A stretch of 64,000 nucleotides of DNA from an uncultured Elusimicrobia bacterium (GCA_903879915.1 CAIRNJ010000091.1:95718-159717), one strand, 5' to 3'; counted from the first letter of the stretch, positions 18,687 to 28,173 are shown. A program made the numbers and translations. The notes: a model not told the origin generated them from the sequence alone.

Positions 18687-20312
18687 TCAGAGGAAGCCGT
18701 CTATCTGGCCGGCCGCGTGGTCCGCCGCGTCCGGCGAGTAATGCGTGATGCGCGTGCTGCGGGCGATGTCCGTGTCGAACAGGCGCTGCTCTATGTCCTG
18801 CGCCAGGCCGGCGTCGGTCACCACCAGGTTAAGTTCGTCGTTGTTGTAGAAACTGCGGGCGTCCAGGTTGGACGAGCCGAACGTGGCCCAGCGGCCGTCC
18901 ATGACCGCCACTTTCTCGTGCGCCATGCGGCTCGGGTATTCATAGATCTCCACCCCGGCTTTTAGCAGTTTCGGGTAGCTGTACCGCGAAGCGTGCTGCA
19001 CTATCGGCTCATCGTTCTCCCGGGGAAGCACCACCTGTACTTTTACCCCGCGCCGCGCGGCGGCGTTCAGCGCGTCCACCACGTCCTCGTCGGTGAAGTA
19101 AGGGTTGGCTATCCGTATGGACCGCTGCGCGGTGCCTATGGCCCGCAGGTACACGGCTTTTATGTTCTGGTCGCGCTTGCCGGTATGCGGCACCACCCGG
19201 GTTTCGGCGCCCCCCGGGACTTCAGCGCTGAACTGATAAAGTCCGGGTCCGGACAGCAATTCGTCGGTGGCCAGGTACCAGCGCTCAACGAAAGCCTTCT
19301 GGAGTTCGGCCACGGCCGGCCCCATGATAAGCGTCTGCTGGTCGTGCCAGTCCACCTGGTAAAGCCTGCCTACGTTCATCCCGCCCGTAAAGCCTATTTG
19401 CCCGTCTATCACCACCACTTTGCGGTGGTCAAGGTGGTCCTGCAGCAGCGGCGGCTTCTGGGCGTATACCCACACCCCGCTGCTGCGCAGGTTCTCTATC
19501 AGCTTTTTTAATTCATTGTCGTCTTCCAGGTCCGAGCCTTTCGCGTCTATCAGCAGCCGCACCTTTACTCCCTCTTTGGCTTTCTCGGAGAGCACCCTGG
19601 CCAGCCCCTGGCCGATATTGTCGGCCTGCAGCTGGAACAGTTCTATGTGTATGGAACTTTTGGCCGCCCTGAGGGCTTTGCCGCCCTCTATCTCCACGGC
19701 GGGCCCGTCAATAAGGAACTTGATATTATTGCGCTTGGCCTGCTGCGCGCCGGCCGCCACGCCGATATACCTGTCCAGGCCGTCCCAGTCGCCGGGCACC
19801 ACCGAGAAACGCGCGGCTGTCTGCATGTCAAGTATGCGCTTGTAGTCGCCTACGGCCTGGCGCAGGTGGCCGGGGTTGGCCCGGTAGAACATATAGTCGA
19901 AGGCCGCGGCGTCCGGCGCCGAGGCCAGTATGCGCGCGATAGCGCGTTCGCGGTAATCCTGCATGCCGAGGCCGTCGGAACTGGTTGCGGACGGCACGGC
20001 GTTCCTTATCAGGGTAAGCAGCATCTCCACTTTCTGTTCCGGCGCGGCGGCTTTCAGCGACGCGGCGCAGACGGTAACGATCTCCTCCTCTTTGCCGGGG
20101 TTAGCCGTGAACTGCGCGGTGCAGGGGAGGGACTTAAGCTCCGGCATCCCCGCGGGCACCGGCCCCGAGACCGGGAACCCGATGCCTGTTTTGCCGTCGG
20201 CCAGCCCGGCCTCGACGGCCCTTGCGGCTTTTTCGAAATCCCCCGCGCTCAGAAGGCCCTGCGCGGAGAAGGAGAGCGCCGCGGCTATAAGCAAGTTGGT
20301 GTGTTTGTTCAT
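18687..20312 (-). CDS. Secreted phospholipase D / cardiolipin-synthase-like protein (two HKD motifs)
   Basis: HRKVVVIDG and HEKVAVMDGRWATFGSSNLD are two HxKxxxxD motifs. The signal peptide is MNKHTNLLIAAALSFSAQGLLSA. It starts 33 nt downstream of the A1 paralog stop, so it is likely co-transcribed. Confidence 0.85.
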   Translation of the reverse strand: MNKHTNLLIAAALSFSAQGLLSAGDFEKAARAVEAGLADGKTGIGFPVSGPVPAGMPELKSLPCTAQFTANPGKEEEIVTVCAASLKAAAPEQKVEMLLTLIRNAVPSATSSDGLGMQDYRERAIARILASAPDAAAFDYMFYRANPGHLRQAVGDYKRILDMQTAARFSVVPGDWDGLDRYIGVAAGAQQAKRNNIKFLIDGPAVEIEGGKALRAAKSSIHIELFQLQADNIGQGLARVLSEKAKEGVKVRLLIDAKGSDLEDDNELKKLIENLRSSGVWVYAQKPPLLQDHLDHRKVVVIDGQIGFTGGMNVGRLYQVDWHDQQTLIMGPAVAELQKAFVERWYLATDELLSGPGLYQFSAEVPGGAETRVVPHTGKRDQNIKAVYLRAIGTAQRSIRIANPYFTDEDVVDALNAAARRGVKVQVVLPRENDEPIVQHASRYSYPKLLKAGVEIYEYPSRMAHEKVAVMDGRWATFGSSNLDARSFYNNDELNLVVTDAGLAQDIEQRLFDTDIARSTRITHYSPDAADHAAGQIDGFL

Positions 20313-20345
20313 TTATGGTTTCCTTTACGTTGTCCGTGGCTAAGC

Positions 20346-22532
20346 TTAGTCCGTCAGCGTCGCGGGGTCCGCGAAGCGCGCCTGCATCTGGTTCACTTCG
20401 GCTATGTTGGCGTCGAAGCTGTTCTCCCGGTTGTTGAAGAACTGGTAGTTCTGCGTCACGTCGGTCTCGCCCTTAACCTTTTTATCGGTATGGACGTAGA
20501 CTTCCGCGGACACGTTCAGGGGGTCCACCAGCTGCACCAGCACCTTCAGGATCTCCTCGTAGGCCAGGTCGCTCCTGGTGCTGCCCGCCACCACTTTGGC
20601 CAGCTGCTCGGACTGCGCTTTCCAGCCGCCGGCGTGGCGCACCGTGAAGATATCGTGTATCACGTCGCTGGCGTCGTGCGCCAGCCCTCTCACCGTGGCC
20701 ATCGGGTCGTAGCCTTCCGTCACGGCCATCCCGCTCATGCGTTTCTCGGCGGTCTTCCAGTCGTAGTCCACCTGGCCTTTGTTGTTTATCGTGAACAGAT
20801 CGCCTACCCTGTCTACGATCTCGGGGACCACTTCGCGCATCACGTTCATGAACGCTTTCAGGATCTCCTGCGGGGGCGCCAGGATGATCTGCTGCACGCC
20901 GCCCTCGCTGATCAGCAGCTTTAAGTTCATCACGCCGGTCTTATAGAGCTTCATGCTGTGCGTCTCGGGGAAGATGGTGTCGGTGGGCAGCACGTTGGTG
21001 TTGTCCGTGCCGTTGCCTTTCATCCCCACGTAGCGCAGCACGCCGTTGGCGTTCTCCAGCATTTCGCGGGCCTGGCCGTCGCCGTGCTCCACAAAGCCCT
21101 CGTTGTGCTGGTACATCAGGGCGGGCAGGGTGGCTTTCCCGTCGGCGGTTTCTTTGTTCACCACGTAGATGGTCTTCTGCGTGTTGTGCTTCCTTTTGGT
21201 GCCGAGAATGGGCACGTTCAGGGTTTTGCCGTCCGAGGTCTTGGTGCGCTGCTGCACGTGCAGCGTGGTGCCGTTATTGTCCAGGGCCTGGTAGCGGTTG
21301 TAGGAGGTGGTCCAGCTGACGTCCTGCGAATGCGCTATGGGTATCTGCGCGTGCAGGTTGTGGCTGTGGCCGTGGTAGATGTCGCTGGCGGCGAAGTCGG
21401 GCTTCGCGCCTACTTCCTGGCTGGCGTGCGCGGCCGTGTCGGTCAGGTTGCCCAGGCCGCTGGCCGTTTCGTCGTTCTCGGCGAAGTCGTTGAAGTGCAG
21501 GCCCAGCTCCACGAAGCGCTTAAGGATGCTGAAGTCGCCCTGCAGGAATTTCTCCAGCGTCTCCATCTGTACGGGGTCCTTGGGGTTCAGGATGAACTCC
21601 ACCAGCAGCTTCTTGCCGAAGGTGCGGGAATAGCCTAAAGAAAGCTGGGCGGCTATCCACTTGTTCACCTGGCTGGCCCAGGTTTTGTTGATGAAGTTGG
21701 CCAGGATGTTATCCGCGGTCCACAGGCCGAGGTCGGACATGGGGATCTGCACGCTGGAGACGCCGGCGCTCACGCTCTTTACGGTAACGCGGTCCAGGCG
21801 GACGCGCAGCCGCAGGCGGTTCTCGTCCATGCGGTAAAGGGTTACCGAGGGCCTGCGCTCCTTGGTCTCGCCGGCCGAAATGGAAACGTTCACCATCTCG
21901 TTAAAGGTGGCGCCCATGCTGGCGCCGAAGCTGAGGCGCATGGAAAGGGGCAGCTTCCAGATCTCGCCTACTTCCATGGCGGACAGGCGCCTGGAGGTGG
22001 CGGGGATGACCGTTTTCATCTCATAAAGCTTCACCAGCGTGCCCAGCTCCTTACAGTACTTGTCGCTTTCCAGCGGGCGCACCACCTGCGATCTGCCCTC
22101 CAGCTGGCCGCCTATGCTTACGCCCAGCCCCTGCACGTTCGGTACCTGCAGGATCTCGTTGCCGAGGCCGACGGAAAGCTTTACGTTCACTTCGTCCACC
22201 AGGGCCAGTTTTTCATCAGGGAACCTTTTCAGGTAGCGGGCGAAGCCGCCGCCTATGCCCAGTACGTCCACCAGTTTAAGGTTCTGGTTAAGCTTCAGTT
22301 GGGCGGCTTTGCAGACGCTGTCCACGGTGCCGTCCTTGAGCTTTTCCCAGAACTGGTCGAAGTCGCTGGAGACCGGCGCGCCGGTAGAGACGGTCGGGAT
22401 CCTCGCGTCCTTATACTCTTCCAGCACCGAAGGAGGAACAGAACCTCTTAATGAATCCAGCGCGCTGGTTCCCGCGTAGGATACGTTCGCTCCGAACAGC
22501 ACCGCAGCCGCAGCGTATAGCGATCTTTTCAT
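20346..22532 (-). CDS. Secreted protein of unknown function, family A paralog 1 (728 aa)
   Basis: Signal module MKRSLYAAAAVLFGANVSYAGTSALDSLRG. It aligns along its length with 22730..24958 (e.g. RPSVTLYRMDENRLRLRVRLDRVTV is identical) and more distantly with 35952..38258. I recognised no domain. Confidence 0.8.
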   Translation of the reverse strand: MKRSLYAAAAVLFGANVSYAGTSALDSLRGSVPPSVLEEYKDARIPTVSTGAPVSSDFDQFWEKLKDGTVDSVCKAAQLKLNQNLKLVDVLGIGGGFARYLKRFPDEKLALVDEVNVKLSVGLGNEILQVPNVQGLGVSIGGQLEGRSQVVRPLESDKYCKELGTLVKLYEMKTVIPATSRRLSAMEVGEIWKLPLSMRLSFGASMGATFNEMVNVSISAGETKERRPSVTLYRMDENRLRLRVRLDRVTVKSVSAGVSSVQIPMSDLGLWTADNILANFINKTWASQVNKWIAAQLSLGYSRTFGKKLLVEFILNPKDPVQMETLEKFLQGDFSILKRFVELGLHFNDFAENDETASGLGNLTDTAAHASQEVGAKPDFAASDIYHGHSHNLHAQIPIAHSQDVSWTTSYNRYQALDNNGTTLHVQQRTKTSDGKTLNVPILGTKRKHNTQKTIYVVNKETADGKATLPALMYQHNEGFVEHGDGQAREMLENANGVLRYVGMKGNGTDNTNVLPTDTIFPETHSMKLYKTGVMNLKLLISEGGVQQIILAPPQEILKAFMNVMREVVPEIVDRVGDLFTINNKGQVDYDWKTAEKRMSGMAVTEGYDPMATVRGLAHDASDVIHDIFTVRHAGGWKAQSEQLAKVVAGSTRSDLAYEEILKVLVQLVDPLNVSAEVYVHTDKKVKGETDVTQNYQFFNNRENSFDANIAEVNQMQARFADPATLTD

Positions 22533-22715
22533 AGTTTTCTTTCTCTCCTTGATTTCCGTACTGTGTGCGTTACTCGTTCCGTCTTTGAAATCTCTTGTTA
22601 TAGTTTACCGCGTTCTGCGCCGGGCCGCCTGAGGCGGGGGAACCAGCGCGGCCCGCTTATTCGACCCAGGAGCGCCGGCTTATGGAAAACGCCTTTCGTT
22701 AAGCCGCCGGCTTAA
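22533..22715 (-). promoter_or_regulatory. Type-1 upstream cassette, copy C (A1 + PLD)
   Basis: P0 at 22699..22715, core at 22665..22682 (one mismatch), CCTGAGG at 22628..22634 and AGTTTACC at 22602..22609. Linkers are 16/30/18 nt. Confidence 0.75.
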
Positions 22716-22729
22716 CCCGCCCGCCGGTC

Positions 22730-24958
22730 CTAATCCGTCAGCACGGCCGGGTCAGCGAAGCGCGCGTGCATCTGGTTGACCTCCGCTATGCCGGCGTCGA
22801 AGCTGTTGTCCCGGCCGTTGAAGAACTGGTAGTTCCGCGTCACGTCCTCCTCTCCCTCCACCTGCTTGTCGGTATGCACGTAGACCTCGGCCGAGACGTT
22901 CAGCGGGTCTACCACCTGCACCACCACCTGAAGGAAATCCTCGTAGCTGAGGCCGCTGTCCGAGCTGCCGGCGGCTATTTCGGCGAGCTTCTCCGCCTGC
23001 GCCTTCCAGCCGGCGGCGCCGCGCGCCCCGGCCAGGCCGCGCAGGAATTCTTCCGCGCCGAGGGCGAGCTTTTTTACCACGTCCACCGGCTTTACGGGGT
23101 TCGCATAGTCGGCCGAAGTGCCGCCCACGCGCCGGGCGGCCTCCCGGGAGTCGTAGCGCACCCTGCCTTCCTCGCCGATATAGAACAGGCCCATCACCTT
23201 ATCCACTATGCCGGGCACGAACCGGCGCATCATGTTCAGGTACGCTTTCATCACGGCCTGCGCCGGGGCCAGCAGGATCTCCTGCAGGCCGCGCTCGTTT
23301 ATAAGCAGCTTGAAATTCATCACGGCGGTGTCATAATGTTTGAAGAAGCCGCCCGTATCGGGGAATATTTCGGCCGAGGGCAGCGTGTTCCCTTCGTTAG
23401 CCGCGCCGCCGTTCACGCCTACATAGCGCAGTACGCCGTTGGCCGTTTCCAGCATGTCGCGGGCCGTGCCGTCGCCCTGCCTCAGGAAGCCTTCGTTCTG
23501 CTGGTACATAAGCGCCGGCATGCTGGTTTTCCCGTCCAGCCCTTCCTTATTCACTACGTAGACGGTCTTCTGCGAATTGTATTTTACCTGCGAGCCCAGG
23601 AACGGCAGGTTCACCGACCGGCCGTCGGAATTGCGGGTGCGCTGCTGCACGTGCAGCGTTTCGCCCTGCCGGTCGGTGGACTGGTAGCGGTTATAGGAGG
23701 CGCTCCAACTGACGTCCTGGGCGTGCACGAAAGGCAGCCGCATATGCAGGTTATTCGAATGGCCGTGATAAATGTCGCTGCCCGCGAAGGACGGCTTCTC
23801 TCCTACGCCCCGGGCGGCCTGGCCGGCCGCGTCCGTTATCTCGCCCAGGCCGCCGGCCGTTTCGTCGTTTTCGGCGAAGTGGTTGAAATGCAGCCCCAGC
23901 TCTATGAAGCGCTTAAGGATGCTGAAGTCGCTCCGCATAAATTTCTCCAGCGCGGCCATCTGCCGCGCATCTTTGGGGTCCAGGATGAACTCCACCAGCA
24001 GCTTCTTGCCGAAATTCCTCGAATACCCGAAGGAGAGCTGCGCGGCCAGGAACTTGTTCACCTCGCCGGCCCAGGTCCTGTTGACGAAGCCGGCCAGCAC
24101 GTTGTCCGCGTTCCACAGGCCCAGGTCGGACAGGGGGAACTGCACGCCGGAGACGGAGGCGCCGGCGCTCTGCACCGTAACGCGGTCCAGGCGCACGCGC
24201 AGGCGGAGGCGGTTCTCGTCCATGCGGTAAAGCGTTACGGAGGGCCTGCGCTCCTTGCTTTCGCCGGCCGAGACGGAGACGCTTACCAGCTCGTTGAACG
24301 TGGTGCCCAGAGTGGCGCCGAAGCTGAAGCGCAGGCTCAGCGGCAGCTTCCAGATCTCGCCTATCTCCATAGCGGAGATGCGCCCGGCCGTGGCCGGGAT
24401 GGCGGTCTTCAGGTCATAAAGCTTTACGAGCGTGCCGAGTTCCCTGCAGTATTTGTCGCTGTCCAGCGGTCTGACCACCTGCGACCTGCCCTCCAGCCGG
24501 CCGCTGAGGCTGACGCCCAGGCCCTGTACGGCGGGGAGCTGCAGGATATCGTTGCCCAGCGTCGCCGAAAGATTTACATCCACCTCGTCCACCAGGGCCA
24601 GCTTCTGGCTGGGGGCCCTGAGCAGGTAGCGGCCCACCCCGCCGCCCACGCCCGGCACGCTGCCCAGCCTGACGTTCTCATTAAGCTTGAGCTGGGCCGC
24701 TTTGCAGACGTCGTCGATGGTGCCGTCCTTGAGCTTTTCCCAGAAATTGGCGAAGTCGCTGGTGACCGGGGCGCCCGGGGTAACCGTGGGCACGCCGAGG
24801 TTGGAGGACTCAACGCTGGCGCCGTCTACGCCGGCCGAGACCGAGCCGCTGAAAGTGGCGGGGCCGGCCGCCTTTAATGAAGCCAGCGCGCCGGTTCCCG
24901 CGCAGGCCAGGTTCGCCCCGAAGAACAACGCCGCCGCCGCGTAGAGAGTTCTTTTCAT
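22730..24958 (-). CDS. Secreted protein of unknown function, family A paralog 2 (742 aa)
   Basis: Signal module MKRTLYAAAALFFGANLACAGTGALASLKA. It is a close paralog of 20346..22532 and shares the C-terminus ARFADPAVLTD. Confidence 0.8.
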   Translation of the reverse strand: MKRTLYAAAALFFGANLACAGTGALASLKAAGPATFSGSVSAGVDGASVESSNLGVPTVTPGAPVTSDFANFWEKLKDGTIDDVCKAAQLKLNENVRLGSVPGVGGGVGRYLLRAPSQKLALVDEVDVNLSATLGNDILQLPAVQGLGVSLSGRLEGRSQVVRPLDSDKYCRELGTLVKLYDLKTAIPATAGRISAMEIGEIWKLPLSLRFSFGATLGTTFNELVSVSVSAGESKERRPSVTLYRMDENRLRLRVRLDRVTVQSAGASVSGVQFPLSDLGLWNADNVLAGFVNRTWAGEVNKFLAAQLSFGYSRNFGKKLLVEFILDPKDARQMAALEKFMRSDFSILKRFIELGLHFNHFAENDETAGGLGEITDAAGQAARGVGEKPSFAGSDIYHGHSNNLHMRLPFVHAQDVSWSASYNRYQSTDRQGETLHVQQRTRNSDGRSVNLPFLGSQVKYNSQKTVYVVNKEGLDGKTSMPALMYQQNEGFLRQGDGTARDMLETANGVLRYVGVNGGAANEGNTLPSAEIFPDTGGFFKHYDTAVMNFKLLINERGLQEILLAPAQAVMKAYLNMMRRFVPGIVDKVMGLFYIGEEGRVRYDSREAARRVGGTSADYANPVKPVDVVKKLALGAEEFLRGLAGARGAAGWKAQAEKLAEIAAGSSDSGLSYEDFLQVVVQVVDPLNVSAEVYVHTDKQVEGEEDVTRNYQFFNGRDNSFDAGIAEVNQMHARFADPAVLTD

Positions 24959-25140
24959 TTTTTTCGCCTTGCTTATCTGTTCCGTCCCGGGCGTGTGTTC
25001 CTAATCCGCTTTCTGCTTATAAGTAAAGTTTACTTCGCCCGCGGCCGGCTTCCCTGAGGCCGAAGGACCAGCGCTCGCCGCTTCTTCGACCCAGGAGCGG
25101 CGGCTTATAAAAAATGCTTTTAATTAAGCAGACGGCTTAA
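24959..25140 (-). promoter_or_regulatory. Type-1 upstream cassette, copy D (A2)
   Basis: P0 at 25124..25140, core at 25090..25107, CCTGAGG at 25053..25059 and AGTTTACT at 25027..25034. Linkers are 16/30/18 nt. Confidence 0.75.
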
Positions 25141-25237
25141 CAGGCGCGGGTGTTGCCGGGCGCCTGTCCGGGAGGGGGGATCATCCTATCGCCGGCCTGG
25201 GCGTGGTCAGCGGGGTATGGAGGTTTGTTCAGCGGCA

Positions 25238-25278
25238 GAAAAAATAAGCCGGGCGGGGCCCTGAGGCTCCGCCCGGTT
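25238..25278 (-). terminator. Rho-independent terminator of the L,D-transpeptidase gene
   Basis: A 14-bp stem AAGCCGGGCGGGGCC/GGCTCCGCCCGGTT with two G-U pairs. On the minus strand it is followed by TTATTTTTTCT. Confidence 0.7.
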
Positions 25279-25312
25279 CGTTAAGGCTTTGTTCCGGCTG
25301 GTTGCTTTGCTG

Positions 25313-26002
25313 TTATCTGGGCGGCGCGCCCTGCACGCAGATAACGGCATTCCCTTTCCCGCTGGCGCGCACCAGCGAGTAAACAGTGTCCGCGTCCGCC
25401 CGCGACAGGCGCACGCAGCCGTGGGAAGCCGGCTGGCCCAGCAGCGCTTCGTTGGCGGCGCTGGTTGCGTGCACCGCTATGTTCCCGTTGAAGAACATGC
25501 TGTGGGGCATGGGCGCGTTGTTATAAAGGCTGGAATAATGCATTTCCTCCATGGAGTCGGGGGAGTAGCATTTGCCGCTGCCTGGCGTGCGGTGGCCCGG
25601 GATGCCGGAGGAGATCTTGAATTCCTGGTTAAGGGTGGGCGATTTCACTATCAGGCGCTGGCGGTTGAGGTCCACGGTCAGGCGCACCGCGGCGTTCTGT
25701 ATCCTGAGCGGGTCCGTCACCAGGAAGCGCGTATAGTCGAACCCGAAAGCCGCGGCAACTTCGTCCGGGGTATGCTCGTCGATGAATTTAGCCGGGTCGG
25801 CCAGCGCCTCCGCGCGCAGGCTCCGGACCTCCGCGCTGTTGCCGTAAACCTGCGGCCCGGCCGCGGCGGGCGAGGCCGCGGGGGCCGGCGCGGCTTCTGA
25901 AGCCGTAAGGGCGGTCAGCTCCCTGCGTATGCTCTCGATGTCAGTTGAAAAACAGGGGGCGGCGTTCAGGGCCAGCAGTACCAGCGGCAGTAATATTTTC
26001 AT
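25313..26002 (-). CDS. L,D-transpeptidase (YkuD domain), secreted
   Basis: GQPASHGCVRLSRADADTVY carries the catalytic HGC motif. The signal peptide is MKILLPLVLLALNA. I chose the start at the ATG 9 nt after AAGGAG. The track start is 26026. Confidence 0.8.
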   Translation of the reverse strand: MKILLPLVLLALNAAPCFSTDIESIRRELTALTASEAAPAPAASPAAAGPQVYGNSAEVRSLRAEALADPAKFIDEHTPDEVAAAFGFDYTRFLVTDPLRIQNAAVRLTVDLNRQRLIVKSPTLNQEFKISSGIPGHRTPGSGKCYSPDSMEEMHYSSLYNNAPMPHSMFFNGNIAVHATSAANEALLGQPASHGCVRLSRADADTVYSLVRASGKGNAVICVQGAPPR

Positions 26003-26035
26003 GTTCATAGTCTCCTTGTATCTCATGGTCTCAGT

Positions 26036-27055
26036 TCAATTTGCGGCCGCGAATTCTCCGAGTTTTTGGCTCAGTTCGGAGAAATGCGGGTTGGTTTCGG
26101 GCCTGGTAACGGCGGCGTGGGCTATGCCCTCCGCCTGCGGGTAGCGCACGTACACGCTGCCGGACGCGGCCGGCAGCTCCGCCATGAACTCTGTAACGGC
26201 GGCGGGGCTGACCGTGGTATCCGCCTCGGATTCCACCGCGAAGACCGCGGTTCCGGCGGAGCTCAGCCTTTTCAGGATCTCGGCGCGCCCGTCATTGTTG
26301 TCGCCGATCAGCTCGCTGAGCTGGCAGACGCCGTTGATGGCCATCTTTGTATAGTTGTACGGGCTTACCTCGGCGGTTTCGGCAGGCTCCTTATAGTCGC
26401 CTTTGATCTTGGTAGTGAGCCACAGGGACTGGCAGCCCAGGAACACCGAGGTCTGCTCGCTTTCGTTGATAGCCAGGGCTGGGGAGAACAGGAAAAGCTT
26501 GTCCGCCTTAAGTCCCGGATGCCTGTGCAGGGCGTCCAAAGACAGGGCGCCGCCGGTAGAGAACCCGGCCAGGGAAACCCGCTCGCCCAGCCCGGCCGCT
26601 ATCTCCAGGCCGCGGTCTACTTCCGCCTGCCACTCCGCCTTGGTGGCGGTGGTAAGGTCCTCCGGTTTCGTGCCGTGGCCCGGCAGCAGGACGGAAACCA
26701 CATTGTAGCCCCGCTGGTACAGTGTTTCGCCGAGCTGGCGCATGAACCAGGGGGAGTCGGTCAGCCCGTGTATCATCAGCACGGTCTTGGGCGCCTTCGC
26801 GCCGTGCTCGAGCATAAAGGGCAGATTATCTTCGTTCTTGATGCCATTCAGCTTTGACTGCCTGTAATTTTTAAATTCGCCTATCGCGTTCGCGTAGCCG
26901 GCTACGTCCGCCGGCGCCGCCGCTGCGGCCGGCACGCCGAGCTGTATTTCCTGCATAGAAGCGCCCGCGCCGTTCTCGAGCTGCTCCAGCGGGGTGGCCG
27001 CGAAAGAAGGGGCCGCCGCGAACATAACCGCCAGGTAAATAGTTTTTTTGATCAT
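26036..27055 (-). CDS. Secreted alpha/beta-hydrolase (esterase/lysophospholipase-like)
   Basis: VLMIHGLTDSP, nucleophile elbow LAGFSTGGA (GxSxG), and signal peptide MIKKTIYLAVMFAAAPSFAA. Confidence 0.7.
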   Translation of the reverse strand: MIKKTIYLAVMFAAAPSFAATPLEQLENGAGASMQEIQLGVPAAAAAPADVAGYANAIGEFKNYRQSKLNGIKNEDNLPFMLEHGAKAPKTVLMIHGLTDSPWFMRQLGETLYQRGYNVVSVLLPGHGTKPEDLTTATKAEWQAEVDRGLEIAAGLGERVSLAGFSTGGALSLDALHRHPGLKADKLFLFSPALAINESEQTSVFLGCQSLWLTTKIKGDYKEPAETAEVSPYNYTKMAINGVCQLSELIGDNNDGRAEILKRLSSAGTAVFAVESEADTTVSPAAVTEFMAELPAASGSVYVRYPQAEGIAHAAVTRPETNPHFSELSQKLGEFAAAN

Positions 27056-27071
27056 ATTGTTCCTTAATATA

Positions 27072-27102
27072 GGGCCGGGCGCGTTTTGTGCGCGCCCGGC
27101 CC
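27072..27102 (-). terminator. Hairpin terminator downstream of FGE-domain gene 1
   Basis: GGGCCGGGCGCG-ttttgtg-CGCGCCCGGCCC, a perfect 12-bp stem. Confidence 0.55.
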
Positions 27103-27111
27103 CGGTTAAGT

Positions 27112-27993
27112 TTATTTCACCAGCCGGAAGCCTACGTAGAAGCTGCCCTGCTTCATGTAAATATAGCTGCGGAAGTCGGTGCGCAGGTATTCGTTGTCGC
27201 TGCTGTAGAAGGAATTACCGCGGATGACATTGTCGCCGTTGGCGGCGCCTTTAACCGCGCTGCCGTCGGCGGGAGCGCCGGCGTACGATTCCTTATATAT
27301 GTCCTGCGTTATCTGCCAGACGTTGCCGGCCATGTCGCACAGGCCCTGCTTGGTGTTGCCCGCGGGCTTGGAACAGACGGGCCCGGTGCCGTTGTTGCCG
27401 CCGCCTACGCCGTTCTCTACGCCGTCGTATACCGCCCTGGCGTGGGTAACGGGCTCGTTGCCCCAGGGATATTTATTGCTCTTGCCTTCGCTCCGGGCGG
27501 CGTATTCCCATTCGGCCTCGGTGGGGAGCCTCGCGCCGGCGAACTTCGCGTAGTCGTTCATTTGCTTCCCGTTCAGGCAGTTCATCGGGTATTTCTGGTC
27601 GTTGGGAGTATGCCAGTTGCAGTTGAAGCTGTAGTAAGTGACCGGGGGCGTCGTGCACTTCCCTGCGTTAACGCACTGCGCGTATTGCTCCACGGTTACC
27701 ACTGTTTTGGCCATTTTAAAGGTATTAATACTTACCTCGTGTACCGGCCTTGTGTTATTAGACCCCGGGGCGCTTTTCTCTGCCCCCATCTGGTACTTGC
27801 CCCCGTGAATGGTCACCCATTTTATCTGCGCCGCGCCGGCGGCGTAAGCCGCCACATCCGGGTTAAATATATCTCCGTCCGCGTAGGTGGACGCCTCGAT
27901 GTTCCAGGCTTTCACCGCCAGGTCCCCGAATTCAGCGGCAACTGCGTTGCCGGCCAAACCTAACATCGCTATCAGCATCATCGCTTTTTTCAT
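27112..27993 (-). CDS. Secreted FGE-sulfatase (SUMF1/EgtB-like) domain protein, paralog 1
   Basis: CDMAGNVWQITQD, NVIRGNSF and a C-terminal GFRLVK follow the FGE-sulfatase domain pattern. The signal peptide is MKKAMMLIAMLGLAGNAVAAE. Confidence 0.75.
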   Translation of the reverse strand: MKKAMMLIAMLGLAGNAVAAEFGDLAVKAWNIEASTYADGDIFNPDVAAYAAGAAQIKWVTIHGGKYQMGAEKSAPGSNNTRPVHEVSINTFKMAKTVVTVEQYAQCVNAGKCTTPPVTYYSFNCNWHTPNDQKYPMNCLNGKQMNDYAKFAGARLPTEAEWEYAARSEGKSNKYPWGNEPVTHARAVYDGVENGVGGGNNGTGPVCSKPAGNTKQGLCDMAGNVWQITQDIYKESYAGAPADGSAVKGAANGDNVIRGNSFYSSDNEYLRTDFRSYIYMKQGSFYVGFRLVK

Positions 27994-28173
27994 TTGTGGT
28001 TTCTCCTTGGCTATTCTGACCTCTGGGTTTTATTGCCGCCTTCAAAACCTCACACTATAAGTTTACCGAGTTTTCCGTCGTGTTTCCTGAGGCAGAAGAA
28101 CCAAGGCCGCGCGCTTATTTGACCCAGGAGAGCCGGCTTACAAATACTGCTTTTAATTAAGCCGCCGGCTTAA
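27994..28173 (-). promoter_or_regulatory. Type-1 upstream cassette, copy E (FGE-domain gene 1)
   Basis: P0 at 28157..28173, core at 28123..28140 (two mismatches), CCTGAGG at 28086..28092 and AGTTTACC at 28060..28067. Linkers are 16/30/18 nt and the leader is 66 nt. Confidence 0.75.

Noticed and set aside
22628-22670. Sigma54 (-24/-12) reading of CTGGGTC...AAGC or TGGTTC...GCC within the cassette
   Set aside because: The GG-to-GC spacing is 7-9 nt rather than the required 10. The GC dinucleotide is not conserved among copies.
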